NCBI RefSeq assembly: GCF_963676685.1
Contig: NC_092347.1
Location: 26,970,001 to 27,034,000 of the forward strand
From: Mytilus edulis
Lineage: Eukaryota
DNA: 64,000 bases
Reading direction: 5' to 3'
Shown here in pieces: positions 63,722-64,000 of this stretch (within the stretch, counting starts at the first letter, position 1; every line of letters begins with the position of its first letter). A program made the position numbers and the translations under genes. A model generated the notes under the pieces. The model was not told where the DNA came from, searched no databases, and worked only from the letters and a program-made list of their open reading frames with translations.

Positions 63722-64000
63722 AACCCAAATTTAGCTGATTGTACTTGTTCTAGGATATGACCGTGCATGTTGTAATAGAAGTGTATTTGTTTTTTCTTTG
63801 TTGAGACTCTTAAGATGTTACATTTGTCAGGGTGGAATGACATGAGCCAGTCGTGTTCCCATTTAATAGCTGCTTCTATGTCTTCTTGAAGCTTAATACA
63901 ATCGTTTTGGCAGGTAATAGGCCGGTAGATAATGCTGTCGTCTGCAAAGAGTCTTATTTGGCTGTGTTTAAGGTAGTCAGGTAAATCATTGATGTAGATA
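63722..64000 (-). mobile_element. CR1-like LINE RT fragment (runs off window)
   Basis: YINDLPD..IRLFADDSIIYR..LQEDI...W...WLMSFHPDKC. Confidence 0.85.

Overview
AT-rich, intron- and repeat-dense eukaryotic DNA. The repeat families and gene style suggest a marine bivalve, Mytilus-like (inference). Two intact convergent housekeeping genes were reconstructed exon by exon: TRMT10C-like (+, 3 coding exons, 415 aa) and RGP1 (-, 8 coding exons, 384 aa). There is a tandemly duplicated B-box/NHL (TRIM-like) pseudogene pair. A Crypton-type tyrosine-recombinase element with long terminal hairpins is interrupted by a Gypsy LTR retrotransposon that has 97-bp non-canonical LTRs and an apparent self-priming site. 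A full-length RTE LINE begins exactly at a predicted HDV-like ribozyme cleavage site. Also present are short repeats carrying minimal hammerhead ribozymes, RTEX/CR1/Penelope fragments, a deleted Tc1, Helentron-like elements and many MITEs. The most unusual pattern is tandem amplification of intron-exon junctions: three RGP1 acceptors (16, 9 and 3 copies), one RGP1 donor and one TRMT10C acceptor. Coordinates were counted by hand and may be off by a few bases. No database searches or folding programs were run.
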